A stretch of 63,116 bases of DNA, counting the filler, from Perkinsus chesapeaki ATCC PRA-425 (taxonomy: Eukaryota; Protista; Perkinsozoa), in the NCBI GenBank assembly GCA_013115145.1. It is 5 parts of 5 records of this genome, joined end to end, with 100 filler letters (N's around TTAATTAATTAA, not from the genome) between each part and the next. Parts side by side here need not be neighbours in the genome. Positions count along the whole stretch, not along the records: positions 1 to 27,406 come from JAAPAO010000494.1; 4 more parts are not named here. One strand, written 5' to 3'. A program made the position numbers and the translations under genes. Position 1 is the stretch's first letter. Each line of letters starts with the position of its first letter. Below the pieces are notes generated by a model. That model was not told the origin of the DNA, did no database searches, and saw only the letters and a list, made by a program, of their open reading frames with translations. Positions 1-12,100 of the stretch are shown piece after piece.

Positions 1-120
1 ACTAGTAACATATTTCCTATCAAACTCCTTTCTATTATATCTCCTCCTCCTCCGTATCACTAGTAACATATTTATTATCAAACTCCTTTCTATTATATCT
101 CCTCCTCCGTATCACTAGTG
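1..120 (+). repeat. ~55-58 bp tandem satellite (ACTAGTAACATATTTCCTATCAAACTCCTTTCTATTATATCTCCTCCTCCGTATC), 2 copies plus start of a third
   Basis: Units at 1-58 and 59-113, ACTAGT restart at 114; same unit in reverse complement at 27334-27406. Confidence 0.95.
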
Positions 121-207
121 TCCCTTAACAAATGCTCTCCCTTATGAAACACAAAATTCTTCCAGTATTACAACACGCATTAAAAACATCAAAACATGAA
201 TCACATC

Positions 208-3200
208 TCACACAGCAATAGAAAGATCCCTCCACTCCACTGAACAAAGAAATCTATGAAAATTCCCGGCAGTGTTGCCCGTGGAAAATCCAAACTTCAT
301 AGCTTCCCGAAGCCCGTCGACATCGCCGAGGTACATGCCGGCAAAGAGGAGCTCCGCAGCAGCTTGACAGTCTGCCGGATGAGAATTCCTGACCCACTTC
401 GGAAGTACTGTTTTTAAGTTGATTCCAGGACTGAACCGGGCATGGATAGGAATGGCGGAGAGCGGCAGACTTACAAGGAGTAAGGGCCTCGTCTATCACA
501 CACTGCCGATAGGTGAGCGAACCCTTCTTTGCCCTTATCGAAAGATATCTTATCTTGATGCGCGTCTTTGATAGCGAGAGTACAGCTCAAGAGATCTTGT
601 CGCACGGGATCAATCTGTTTCTCGTCAACGACAATCATTTCCTGTTGAACAGAAACGAGCTGAAAATTTCCGTCTTTTTTTCTGTGGAGAATTCTGGGAA
701 ATTCTGGAAAGGAAAATTCTGTGGAATTTCATATCCTTGACGGATTCATTTTCCACCGCGTGGGAAACGGAGAGCCCCTCCAAAAGAAAAAATCTTCAGA
801 AAAACTGGAAAAAATATAGGTTTTCCCTCAAAAATTTTCTGTCCCAATAAAAATTCGAACGGAGACATCACCTACCGATAAAGAAGGGTACATGGCAAAT
901 CCGTGGGAATGATAGTGATGGTTTTGCAGCGACTTAATTCCTTCCTTTTCGAGAAATTCGACTGCCAGGAGACTCGTGTCCTCGACAGGCTTCTCGGCCA
1001 GGAGCTTCGGCGTGATCTCTGTTTTGTATCCGAAAGTATCTTTCTCATAAAAATCCCGGAAAACCATGGGGACAATGTAAGGGCAGTGCAGACGTGAAGG
1101 ATTCCAACCCTCAAGCTTGCGCAGAGCACTGCAAAAAGATACTCCGATGTAGATGGTACGCTGCTCACTTACAATGTCCAACCGGAGGGCCCGATCGGCC
1201 AAAACTTTACTTCAGCATCTTCCTCCGACAGCTCCACAGAAAAGTGCTTCGAAGGGTCAGCTTCTAGTGAAGAAACACAACGCGCTTTCTTCGAGTTGGG
1301 CCGCCCAGGAACTTTTCGCGTGACAGATGAGTCGATTTGGTATCCCTGAAAAATGACAACAAAAATGGCAGAGCCTAAATGAAAACTAAATGAATGAATG
1401 AATGAAGATGCCCTAAATGAATAGAGCATCTTTTGGGTACATGAATGCGATGAATGCATTACTGTCAAACTGTCCTCGTGACAACGGCAAATTCGAGAAA
1501 AAGTACGAAAGTCTGGAAACGTCGCCACTGTAGATAATTTACCTTGGAAAAATGCGCGAAAGTTAGCCAAGCATGGATTAAGCAAGCGGTGAGACTGACC
1601 TTGAAATCGAAGCCACAAGGTTCCGGTTCTCCAGCGAGGGCCAAGTTCATCATGAATCTCACAAACCACTGCGCGCTCGTTAATCCGGCCGAGGCGACTT
1701 CATCCCGCAAAGCCGCGTTCAAAGGATTCTTCAAAAGTTCGTCAAATAGAAGTTCCGCGGCTCCTTGACAACTCCTGACACTCTTCTTGTTTGCAGCTTC
1801 ACTCATTCTTAGCTCCAAACTTCTATCCTTTTTGCACCTGAGTAAGACTCTCCCGAAGCGATTGCGATTTCAGCACATCGCTATCGCTGGAGCTCCGCCG
1901 GCAAGCTCAACCTTATCCAGCCTAAAGTGCGTCGGCGTCTTGGTAAAATCCACCCGATCGCGCGGCTCCATTTTTGAAGTCACCGAACAGGTATGTATGT
2001 TCTTCCTTTCGCTCACAATAGCCGTTTCGACCACATAATCCTACGGGGAAAAATGAAAAAAATGGGAAAATTCCCGAATTTTACTGACCTGGAGTCCGGG
2101 TCGAACTTGACCATGAGGCTTGACAGCTGTCCCCAGAATCGCCTCAATCGGGAGGACCGCCAACAGAAGCTGCTTGGAGAGATACATTTCGAGAGCGGAA
2201 AAAAGGGAAAAATTATGAGGGAAAACACAAAAAATGTTTTTTTCCAGTTGTTTAACACCATCATGCTCGAAATTTTGTAAATTTTTTGCCGATAAATTTT
2301 GATAAAGATTATCCTTTCAAGTTCAAGCCATATGGTCGCCAACCTGATAATAAAAAATTCTTCCGCGTGGGCAAAGATACCCTACCAGGCTCGGTGTCTT
2401 CGTCGAAAGTGCGGTCCTGAGAAAAAATATTGTGGACCGAAACACATTTTTACAGAAAGAATCTATGGGAAAGGCACCACAAAATTTCCCGAAAAAAATA
2501 AATTTTCTAAAAGGGAGCAATTCTTAAATAGCTAATCCACCCCAATGCTCCTACAACCGACAATCGCCGGAAAAATTCGGCAAAAATTTCCGGGAAAAAT
2601 TGGAAAAAATCGTAGTATATATTTTAGCGTATTGTCAAAACTCCTTAAGAGCGTATACCTACCTCAACAGTTGATTCGCCAGTTGCAATTTCCTCGGATG
2701 GTGGAATAGTTGTTGTCGTCGTGGTGGTTGTGAGCTCGGGAACTTCACCATCGAGCTCTTTATATGAGGCGGACTCCTGCGGGAGATACGGGAGGACAAT
2801 CAAGGTTCGTCCGCAGAAGAAGTTTGAATGTTATCATGCAAAGTAGAGTTATGATTGAATTTTCAAAACTGCCAACTTTTGCTACAAAGAAAATAATAAG
2901 AAAAGTACCGTAAAATTTGAAAGCTAAATGAACGTAGTTTAACATAGTAAAACTGACCGAAAGCCGACAGAGAAGAAGAAGTCACAGACATTTGCTCACT
3001 CCTTCTCGAACTGTCGCTTCAGCCTCTTCGGCCATTTCCGGACTGAATCTCCCAGCTTCTACAGAAACCTAATGTGGGACAATAATACGTGCTATTATAC
3101 ACTTGTGTATGTAAACGTGTAATTTCCCGTCCCCGCAATCCTGCGAAACGGCTGCGTTCGCGTGCAATTATCGGCGCCAATGAAAGTGAATACAGCCTTC

Positions 3201-3230
3201 AAATGGCGGAGACGGTATCCCATCAACTCC
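208..3230 (-). CDS. Multi-exon hypothetical protein (gene A), approximate limits
   Basis: Protein-like minus-strand segments bounded by GT/AG, e.g. GRTLIVLPYLPQESASYKELDGEVPELTTTTTTTTIPPSEE, SCQGAAELLFDELLKNPLNAALRDE, LRKLEGWNPSRLHCPYIVPMVFRDFYEK, LVSVQQEMIVVDEKQIDPVRQDLL, DCQAAAELLFAGMYLGD...SIAV*. No family recognised. Confidence 0.55.
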
Positions 3231-3429
3231 GGAATACACTACGTACTAGAATATTAATATTGGATGAACATAAATAAAAACTAATATTTTTATAATTAGT
3301 AATAGTTAGTATATAATCGCCTTTACATATATTAATAATAAATAATAATTAACCACTAAATATAATATTATAAAGAATAATCTTCATCGCATAGCGCTTA
3401 CCGTTTCTATTTGACTTGAAAATTTCAAC

Positions 3430-4280
3430 ATTAGAGTCTCTGCATCGTCCCGATCTCGGCACAGGATTCTCGCACGGTTGCCAGAGAGCGTGTAGCCGGC
3501 GACACTTCTATCAACGATCTCGAGACTGTCGAGCAGCAGATGGACCTATCCCAGTGAGTTAGAAGCTTTGGAAAGCTGTTAGAATTCTTACCTCATGTAG
3601 CTTCATTTTTTCTTCAATTGTCGGATACGTTGGCATTTCTCTGAAAACTTTATCGCCGTCGTGACGGAAAATCTCAACTTCGAGGTACTCCGGCAGGGGC
3701 GGTCCTGATCAGAGATCGAGAATTGAAATGTTAACAATGCGAAAGTTTATGCCCAAGATGAGACAGCATCTAACAGAACTACCGCAAGGCGACAAAGTTG
3801 AAGACTGGAATCTGCCGAGTGAAGTGATTATAAGATAAATTCCACAATGATCACACTCTCCGAACCAGTCACGCTCGCCCTGGTATCCGAATGATACGAT
3901 TCTCGAAATGGTATGTACTACTTTCTCGTTTGATAAATGAGTTTATCAAACTTTTTAGATCAAGCGTACGAGCTTAAGCAGCAGCGGTACATACACACGC
4001 CATGGAAAAAAATTAAGTTTCAGGGAATCTTCTATTCCGTCGTATGACAACATCGAGACGTATATTACGATCAAAAAGACTACTAGTGGGCGGAATCGGT
4101 TCGAGGAAGGGACCGACCGTCGACACCCAAGTCACCGCTCTCAGTTGCACCAACGTCTACAACAAACTACCAACCGATCACAGCAGACCAATTTGCAAAT
4201 TGTCAATTCCAAGTCATGAAAACGCCGAAGCTGAAAAAGTCTTCACTCCCTGTCTCCATAATAACGATCAATGGTCGTCG
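3430..4280 (+). CDS. Possible multi-exon hypothetical protein (gene B)
   Basis: GC-richer exon-like blocks with + strand splice sites (cattag at 3434, cca/gtgagt at 3553); frames such as SLCIVPISAQDSRTVARERVAGDTSINDLETVEQQMDLSQ and SPLSVAPTSTTNYQPITADQFANCQFQVMKTPK. No homology recognised. Confidence 0.35.
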
Positions 4281-4289
4281 ATCGTGAGA

Positions 4290-7200
4290 CATGTTCACTG
4301 GGAAAATAATTTCCCGAGCATCAACCACCCTTACTGGTAGGAATGGTGACAGTAGTCCAAACCGTTTCAGGCACACTTGTCCTAGTAGTAGTCGTGGTGA
4401 CCTCGAGCAGCCCCTAAAATATCTTGACATTATAAAATTCCCAAAATCGGTTACGTCCGTCCTGTTATCGCCGTTCCACAGACTTCGCAGGCGTTCTGCA
4501 TCTTCCTCATTGTCACAACGAACTTTATATATCTCCGGGACATTCTTGTTCGACTCCAGGCAACTAAATATCGGAAAAAAATGTTCCGAGCCGGAGCGAG
4601 TTTTTCCCAATTTTCGGAATTTTCCTCCCAGAGTTGAAATTTAACATCCGCATTCGAGGTCGCCCTCGGTTCTCGTGAAGATGACGTCGAAAAGTTCCCT
4701 CGGAATAATAATTATTGTTGGGATGAAAATTTGCAAAATTGAAATTATTCAATAGTTTTTTGGCAAATTTTTTAAAAGAAAAATTTCAGTTTCTACAAGG
4801 TTTCCGACGGATGCTGCCGAAAATTACGGTAAAAGTTATTATCATGAAAAATAGACAACCGAATAGTGATAGTACTCAGCGCGCAGCTGCAATTGCGTTC
4901 AGCGACCTTGCAAAAAATATGGGAAAAAATCGGAAAATTTGCGGAAAATTCCTCAAAGCTTATTCTTACTCAATTTTCATGAGATAATCGCCCACATCTT
5001 CCACAAAAACTGGTTTCTTCAATTCAGTGGGACATGACATAACAATGTCCTCCCCGCCAGGGTTGCGTAACTGAAATAAATCTGAGTCAAAATTTCGAAT
5101 CTCTCCAATCGTTCGGTGAAAACTTTTACTAGGAGAGTAACCCTTGTCACATGTGCGCTAGCAATTAACAGGTCGCATTCCAGCGTTCTTCTCATAACCG
5201 TCAACGTGCTTGGTTTTCCCCGATTTTCCCCGATTTTCCCCGATTTTCCCCGATTTTTCCCGATTTTTCCCCTTTTCTCATTATTTTTCTCGATTTTTTC
5301 CGCTATTTTACGAAAATTAATTGCCCACCTTATGATAGACGGCATTCTCGATAGTTCAGAAAATGATGACCGCAAGCGCGGGTTGAAATACTTCCTTATC
5401 CCTGCTCACCTTGAAGGCACGGCCATCAACATTGATAGACGTAATAAAGGCAGATCGTATCGCCGTATCAATGCCACCCTGAGGCTCGAGCGCGAGGATC
5501 TCCCTACAAGTTCCATAGGGAATCTGAAAAAACAAAAATTTACGGGAAAAAATTTTTTTCCTACCCATTCTCCGGGAATATCCTGTAGCTTCGGTTCCTG
5601 AAACGGGCGACGAAAATGTGCCAGAATTCCGGCGCGGAAAAATACAGCTTTTTTGCAAAGAAGAAAAAACTGATTCTTCGTTTTTGGTTCTTTTAAGTCG
5701 TGCCTGAATTTTTTCTCCTGTTGTTCAGGTTCATGCTGATACTCGTCCGGAAAAATCCGGTAATTTTCCCAAAATTTTCCCAAAATTTTCCGGTAAAATT
5801 TCGGCTCATCTCACCACTATAACATCTTACCTCGTCACCCTGATCATCATCATCTGCTTCACCATCATCATCACCCTCGTCGTCATCCTTTTTAAGTTCG
5901 TCAAATGCTTCTTGCAAAGCTTCATGGTCAATCTCAGGTAAATCGTGCTCGCCGACTTCGACATTTTTCTCTGTTCCGGTAGCGAACCTTCCTCCGACCA
6001 GACCAGGACCGTCCTCATCGACTTCATCCTCTTTATCAAGATACTCCTCATCAGATTCCTGGCGAGCTTGGGCATCGAAGCTCGCCTGAAAAATCATGGA
6101 AAATCTTTCAAGTGCAAAGTCACCTCGGAATCTTTCTTCTCTGTTCCTCCGAATAAGTCCTCAGGGTAGCCTCGGCCAGGCTCGAACTAAAAATAAAATG
6201 ACAGGCGAATAACTGAATTCGCTAACTTTTTCCGAGGGAGGCTCTTCATCGAGTTTCGTAGTGCTCTTGAAAGGCTCCACCTAAGAGGCAAAAAATCACT
6301 ATTTTTTGCGACTTTTTTCCCAAGCTTCCTTATCGCCACAGAAAGTATCCTCATAATTAGTTGGAGTACAAGCACGCGCGCGAGGAAAGTTTTTTTTGGA
6401 AAATTTCTGCATCTTTTCCAAGCACCTGACCTCTTTAAAGGCCATTGTCACGCGCCCCAAAATTCATCGCTCCACGTAGTATACTATTAATTAGTCTGCG
6501 GGAATGTTTCAGCATCCTTCCTCTGCCCTAAGGTGACACTGAGGAGCCTGAGATGCTCCCGACAGAAGCTGTGCCATCTCCGCATTTTTTCGAGGTCCGG
6601 GTCATTTTCTGCCGAGATTCCAATCGTAATAGGGACGCCTCTCGATACCCGGAAAACTAAATTTTGTCAGATATCTTCCTGCACATTCACGTGATTCACC
6701 CCACATCAAAGTGTGCAAAAAAATTCCCCAAAAAATGCAGTCGTGAGGAAGTACTTCACCGCTGTAGAGGTAGGGCTGCCTCCCGTGCTCCAGTGTTTGA
6801 AATTCAACTGGCCCTTCTCAGCTGGACGGTAATGCCGAATTAAAAAACTATGATGCGGGCAAATGGAAAACTCATAAAAAATTTTGTAATATTTTTATCA
6901 CTGCCGTATGTCCCAATTGTACTGGTTGGCATTTTTTCCACCAGTAGACATTTTTTCGAGAAGAAAATTTTTTCCTCGATCTGCTTACTTGATCGTCGAA
7001 TGGCTCCTCCTCATCGGTGGAACTATTCGCTTGTTCAAATGAAGGTAAGTCAAGATCATTCGATGGAGGAGCTGGCTCCGATAGCACCTGAGATTCAGGA
7101 AAGCACCCTCCTCGTAAAGATACGCCACTAGTGCGGAAAGGCTAATGATAAAGCAGCGTGAATGAGTCCATCTGGTGGTGTGGAGACATTTCGCAGAAGC

Positions 7201-8000
7201 GGTGGATTCTTTTCTCAACATAACGAAGCGCTTAGGTGTCCAGCAGTTCATGAACTTCCTCACTACGACTTATTTGTTTTCGACTACTCCGCAGAAAGTT
7301 CGATTATTTCCGCAAACTTGTATGACAGTATATCACACGCAAATGCTCGATGTCGCAACGTACGAGAAGAATCGAAAATTTTAGAAAATTTTTAGACGAA
7401 GATTTCGTGCTTAAAGATTGGTGGAGTCGACCTACCTCTTCAGATGGGAAATAAGATGCTCCGAATTCTGAGGTTGAAGAATTAACCGCCAGAAGTATCT
7501 GAAAAAAACAAGTCACAGAAGCACAGGAGCGAGACTTACTGATAATAATAAAGTAAGTGTCTTTATGGAGAAGCTCGACATTGTTAAGAAATGTGGTAGG
7601 AAAACCCAACTCAAAATAATTTTCAATTTTTGTGTGTAAAGGGAAAATTTTGTATTTTTCCGTGGCCCGCGGATGATGAAAGCGTGAAATTTCTAAACAG
7701 GAGACTTTTTCAGATCAGAGGAATCCGAAGGCTGGTGAAAAGATGTTTGGCAGGCAGATATTTGAGATGAGCCAATCTGGACTAGTTAGTAATGTACGTA
7801 TTATCTGCTCATCTTAACATTACTCACGCATGCGAACAGAAACTAATAGCAAACACTGGAATTGGGCGAACTTCATCGGAAATGCGCTTTTCCTCCACTT
7901 TGCACGATTCAACGTCTTTAAAATAGCGCGCGCCCAGATGATCGATTTGTAAAAAGAGAGGAGTGGTGGGCAATCGGACTATATCTTAGAATCGTTCAAC
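4290..8000 (-). CDS. Large multi-exon hypothetical protein with acidic tract (gene C); may be more than one gene
   Basis: Minus-strand introns (e.g. gtaagt...ttttttcag at ~7499-7540; ctcag/VLSEPAPP...EPFDDQ/gtaagc at 7087-6989); acidic exon 5830-6090 (ESDEEYLDKEDEVDED...DDDEGDDDGEADDDDQGDE); exon LESNKNVPEIYKVRCDNEEDAERLRS. Confidence 0.5.
5214..5272 (+). repeat. 10-bp phased tandem repeat (CCGATTTTCC)n inside an intron
   Basis: About five consecutive 10-nt units at 5221-5270. Confidence 0.9.
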
Positions 8001-8220
8001 TTCATACGACTGGGATTCTATTATAGTTGATATAAATAATGAAGCTTAAAGAAATTTTTATTAATAAAGTAGTTATATGTATTTATTATTACTATCATTT
8101 TAGTGATACGGAATTGCGGGGGTCGAGATGAAAGATCTATTACAGCACCACGCAGAGGTATGAAAATTTCAGTGTCTTTCGATACCGCTGTTCTTCTGGA
8201 AATCATTTCTATTTTTCCCG

Positions 8221-10491
8221 ATGTACAAAGTCTTCGGTGTTGGTCGAGGTAAGCGGGCGGAGGCACAACAGAGCGCCAATAATGGTACGCCCAGCAAGCC
8301 GAAGCAGCAGCCGGGAGAAATACGCTTGCAAAAAGGTAATAGAAAAGTGGTGAAGTCGGTGAGAAAATCTACCGAATTTTCCCGGAGAATTTTCAGCGTT
8401 TTTGTAGCCGTAGAGTGCATTCTTCGGATCTCCGGAAAGTTTGAAATTTGTAAATAGTAGGATTTATTTGGTTCCTTTTACATCTTTCCCAAGCAGCATC
8501 ATCGTTCGGTGACACAAAGTCATTTAAAATGTTAGGAATGCTCTTCATGTTCTCTAGAAGCATAACTCTTCGTCATGGTCCCGGAGAACCATATTTTTAT
8601 GAGGGCAGACGACGGTACTCTACTGCCTTCTTCATCTTTCTTTTACCAGTATCACCTTCAGTAACACACTGGATTCTGATTAGATTGAGCCCCTCCTTGA
8701 CGCCGGCTCAAAAAATGAAGCTAAGTTTCTAGCACATTTGTCAGCTTTTTTTTTCTCTACGGATGCTGCCTTGCAACATCTATATTTTAATTCTACTTCG
8801 TACTATTGCACTGTTCTCTCAACAGTGCTAGTCCTCACGCTTTCTTTTTGCTTTCGTTTTTTTAACTATTGCGAAACCGGTCACGAACTACGTCGTGGGC
8901 GATTAAAGCACGGAAAATATTCCAGGGAAGGTCTTTCAAAAGCTTTATTCGCCAAATTCTCTGCTTCATACATTTTTTTGACCAGCAGATGTTCGGCTTT
9001 CCTACTAAATTGTCATCTCGGTCTTATGATTCCTGTTCCGGCCAGGTTGAAGTCAGATGGCTCTTGAGGGTTTCAAGATTCCTCCGAACTGAAAAAAGTT
9101 GCATTTTTCCGTGAAGAATTTTTCCCATTTTTCAGAGCTTGACGAGCTCGAGTTGCCCTCCCAGTGTCGAATTGACTTCCCCAATAGTAACAATCTTATG
9201 CACTTCTTCATTACAATAACACCTGATGAAGGTTTTTGGAAAGGAGGTAGAATATGATCCACATTATGCCTGGGAATCGCCCCCTTTCAGCTCCGTATCG
9301 TTTTTCTTTCAACATTAAACCGTTGTATCCCCACGACCCGCCAAAGGTGAGATATCGCATATCTACTCTCAAGTTCTGACGGGATTCGGAAATAAGTTTT
9401 GTCGATCCCTGGAAAAAATAGTTTGGAAAATATAGGAGCTGCGTTAACAATAATCGAGTTGCAATGTGAATCGTTTTGATAACTGGATACTATTTCCTCA
9501 GCAGTGACCTTTTTTTGTTGAAAGTCGAAGTAAAAGTGGCGAAGCGAGCGGAGCGTATACTCGCATTCTAACACTTTGTGGCACAACGTTTGTGCGTATG
9601 CGAAAAAATCACAATCCAACAGATCGATGATTGAGAGACTGTATGCTACGTATCATGTGGTAGTTTCTGCGATGGAGATGATGCGAAAAACACAAAAAAG
9701 TTCATATTTAAATGTTTCGGGGCGAAAGAACGTTTTTCCGTAGAAAAATGGCAGACCTGGGGATCGAACTTGTGACCCTTCAACAGAATTTACTGACGAA
9801 TCGCCGAGCTCCGTCTCTTCTCAGAGAAGGTCTAGTAGGAAATATTTTCTGGCTCAGCGGTCCTTAAATGTGGGCATGATTTGGTGAGGAGAGGAAATAT
9901 CGCAAACTCCCGGAAGATTCGACTGAAAAGTGAACCCGTTGCCCCTAAAACGAAAAATGTTTGTCCTGCTCAAGTCTGATATTCTCCCATCATATTCAGG
10001 TCAAATGTGAAACTAAAATATATCATCCGAACATCGATTTGGATGGTAATGTATGTCTTAATATTCTTCGGGAAGAGTGGAAACCAATTCTGAGCATATC
10101 ATCGGTTGTGTAAGAACTGTCTCCTTGAAGATTGTTATTTTTTAATTTTAGTTACGGACTTCTTTACCTGTTTTTGGAGCCGAATCCGAATGATCCATTA
10201 AACAAGGAAGCTGCGGAGGTGAAGTTGTTTCCATTTGGCGTCTGCGTGGCTATTCGCAAATTTCAGGAAAGTCTGTTTTTACAGTAGGATTTCTCGCATC
10301 TAGATTTGCAAAGAAATTTGGAAAATTCCTTGGAAATTTGCCGACGTAGCAGATTTTCGCGAGATCGTCCTTTGTTTGAAATCGGCGCTGCTCAGGTTCT
10401 GCGCGCAGATCGACGGCAGTTTGGGTACGTAGTCCAACGATCGCTTCGAGGAGGGGTGGTGGATGGAGAACACTTTCCCAGGCTTGTGTGA
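8221..10491 (+). CDS. UBC12: NEDD8-conjugating enzyme Ubc12/UBE2M, six exons (8221-8335, 9136-9246, 9291-9346, 10000-10109, 10152-10218, 10396-10491)
   Basis: Splicing at canonical GT-AG sites gives one open ~185-aa protein: [11 protein letters not shown]...[16 protein letters not shown]...[17 protein letters not shown]...[36 protein letters not shown]...[31 protein letters not shown]...SLRGG. Active-site HPNID-x3-VCLNILR and EPNPxDPLN are Ubc12 signatures. Confidence 0.95.
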
Positions 10492-11393
10492 ATTGATAAT
10501 AATATATATATAAAATATTAAAGCAACATTTCTGTTATTGTTCGATCGGATTGTGTTTATAAAGTGCGGCGCATACTACCGTATAATCTATCAATATAAC
10601 ATAACTTATCTTAGTTATGTATAGTATCAACTATTAACAATCGTATCTCCTAATGAGATAAATTAGATATTCTCATCAATTGCACAGATATTAGGAACAC
10701 CCCAAATGGGACCGTGTGTGTGTGGGGGGGGCGGTTCGAGGGTCCCGTGCCAGTACTAGCGTCACAACCACATTCTTGATAAAAAAGGCAGGGTTAACCT
10801 TCTTGTGTGAACTTCACACTGTGAAGTAGACGATAGGGTGCGAGGCCCGGACACCGAGGCACCAACGGCAGTGCTTCAAAGGTGGCCGACGAAGGTTTCA
10901 GGGGAATCGTCGCAGTTCGCACTGGGCTCGCCAGGTCACTTCCACTACTGCTCTACGCACTTCGGAACCTATGGGTTTATACTCCGAAAGAATGCAGTCG
11001 GTCTAAAAATATAGTATATGGAAGAGCGCCCGAGTAGTTGCGCACAACTGAACAGCGCTTGACATTTTTCATCCTTGGCGATCCATAAAGCAGGGCAAGC
11101 ATTATTTCGACTACGCCTGGCGGGTGAACTTATTTCTGGTTCAGTCTCTCTGAGGGAGACTCCCTCTGTTAATAATGAACCTCTATAAGCTACGCTTCCA
11201 TTTTATGCAATCGATCGGATATGATTCTAGACTTAATCTTTCAATTAGGAAAGGACTCCTCTGCATTACACCATTTCGGTATAATAGATTATGACTCCTA
11301 TTTTAGGAAGGATGTCGATAATACTGTAAATAACTCAACACACTCAATTAGACATCAACATCATCCACATGAGCCACACAAAGATACTCCCTA

Positions 11394-12100
11394 TTAAGAA
11401 CGATTGAACAGTGAAGCCTCCTCCCTTCTTATTGATAATATTTAATGTCAACTCTAATGTTGCCTCTTGACTTTAGTTCATTTGCCTTTCTAACGATCTC
11501 ATCTTTATTCTCTAGCAAAAACTTGTCCAACCAGATCAGTGCAGGGTCAGCGTTTCATTCGGGAGAAACCGTCAAACTGTGCAGGATATGCCGAGTGCAT
11601 TGCCGACATATCCTTCTGCCTTGTAGCGTGCCCAATGTACTTTTCATTTTCCCAGCGCTAACTCCGAATATTTGTTTAACGTGCCCAGTTGCGTGTTTGA
11701 ATGGGTCTAAGCCATGCATATCGATCGGTTCGATAAGCCCCTCGAAATCGATACCGGTACGAGGGGAGCCTGTATAGTAATAAGATAGCTTTTTGCTATT
11801 CTCGCTTAACCTGAGCTCTCCCTATCATAGGAGAGCTCAGATGATGGAACCAGATGTTGCTACCATAAACTGATACCGGCTAAAGTGGAACCCCACTGTA
11901 TAAAGAGAAGCTCATCCTCCCAATCGACGTAAAGCTCTTTGTCAGGATACCTTAGCATGCATGCATCATGCTGAGAAACGTTTGCTCGATCTGGAGAGCT
12001 GGACTGTCTAAGATCAATTGTCGTGAACTACCTCAGCAGAGTGAACGTATAACTTATCGAACATATTCTTCAATTCAGTCACAGCTGTTTCCACCTTTCG
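11394..12100 (-). pseudogene. Secreted coiled-coil family paralog P1 with in-frame TGA
   Basis: Terminal exon GLDPFKHATGHVKQIF...LTVSPE*NADPALIWLDKFLLENKDEIVRKANELK aligns with P2-P5; TGA at 11555-11557 where P3/P4 have Gly; upstream exons end LYVHSAE/gt and SLW (TG/gt) as in the paralogs. Signal exon not confidently found. Confidence 0.7.

Noticed and set aside
7175-7384. Plus-strand gene (VWRHFAEAVDSFLNITKRLG...)
   Set aside because: Paired splice signals nearby fit the minus-strand gene C better.
9748-9820. tRNA gene on minus (GTTCGATCC...TCTGCCA)
   Set aside because: T-stem and acceptor stem do not pair; at most a decayed relic.
200-10500. Nematode origin of the left block (TTTTCAG acceptors, A-tracts)
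   Set aside because: The Ubc12 sequence ([20 protein letters not shown]) does not resemble animal Ubc12 as I recall it; origin left open pending phylogeny.
11555-11557. Selenocysteine codon in P1
   Set aside because: The aligned residue in paralogs is not Cys and no SECIS was evident.
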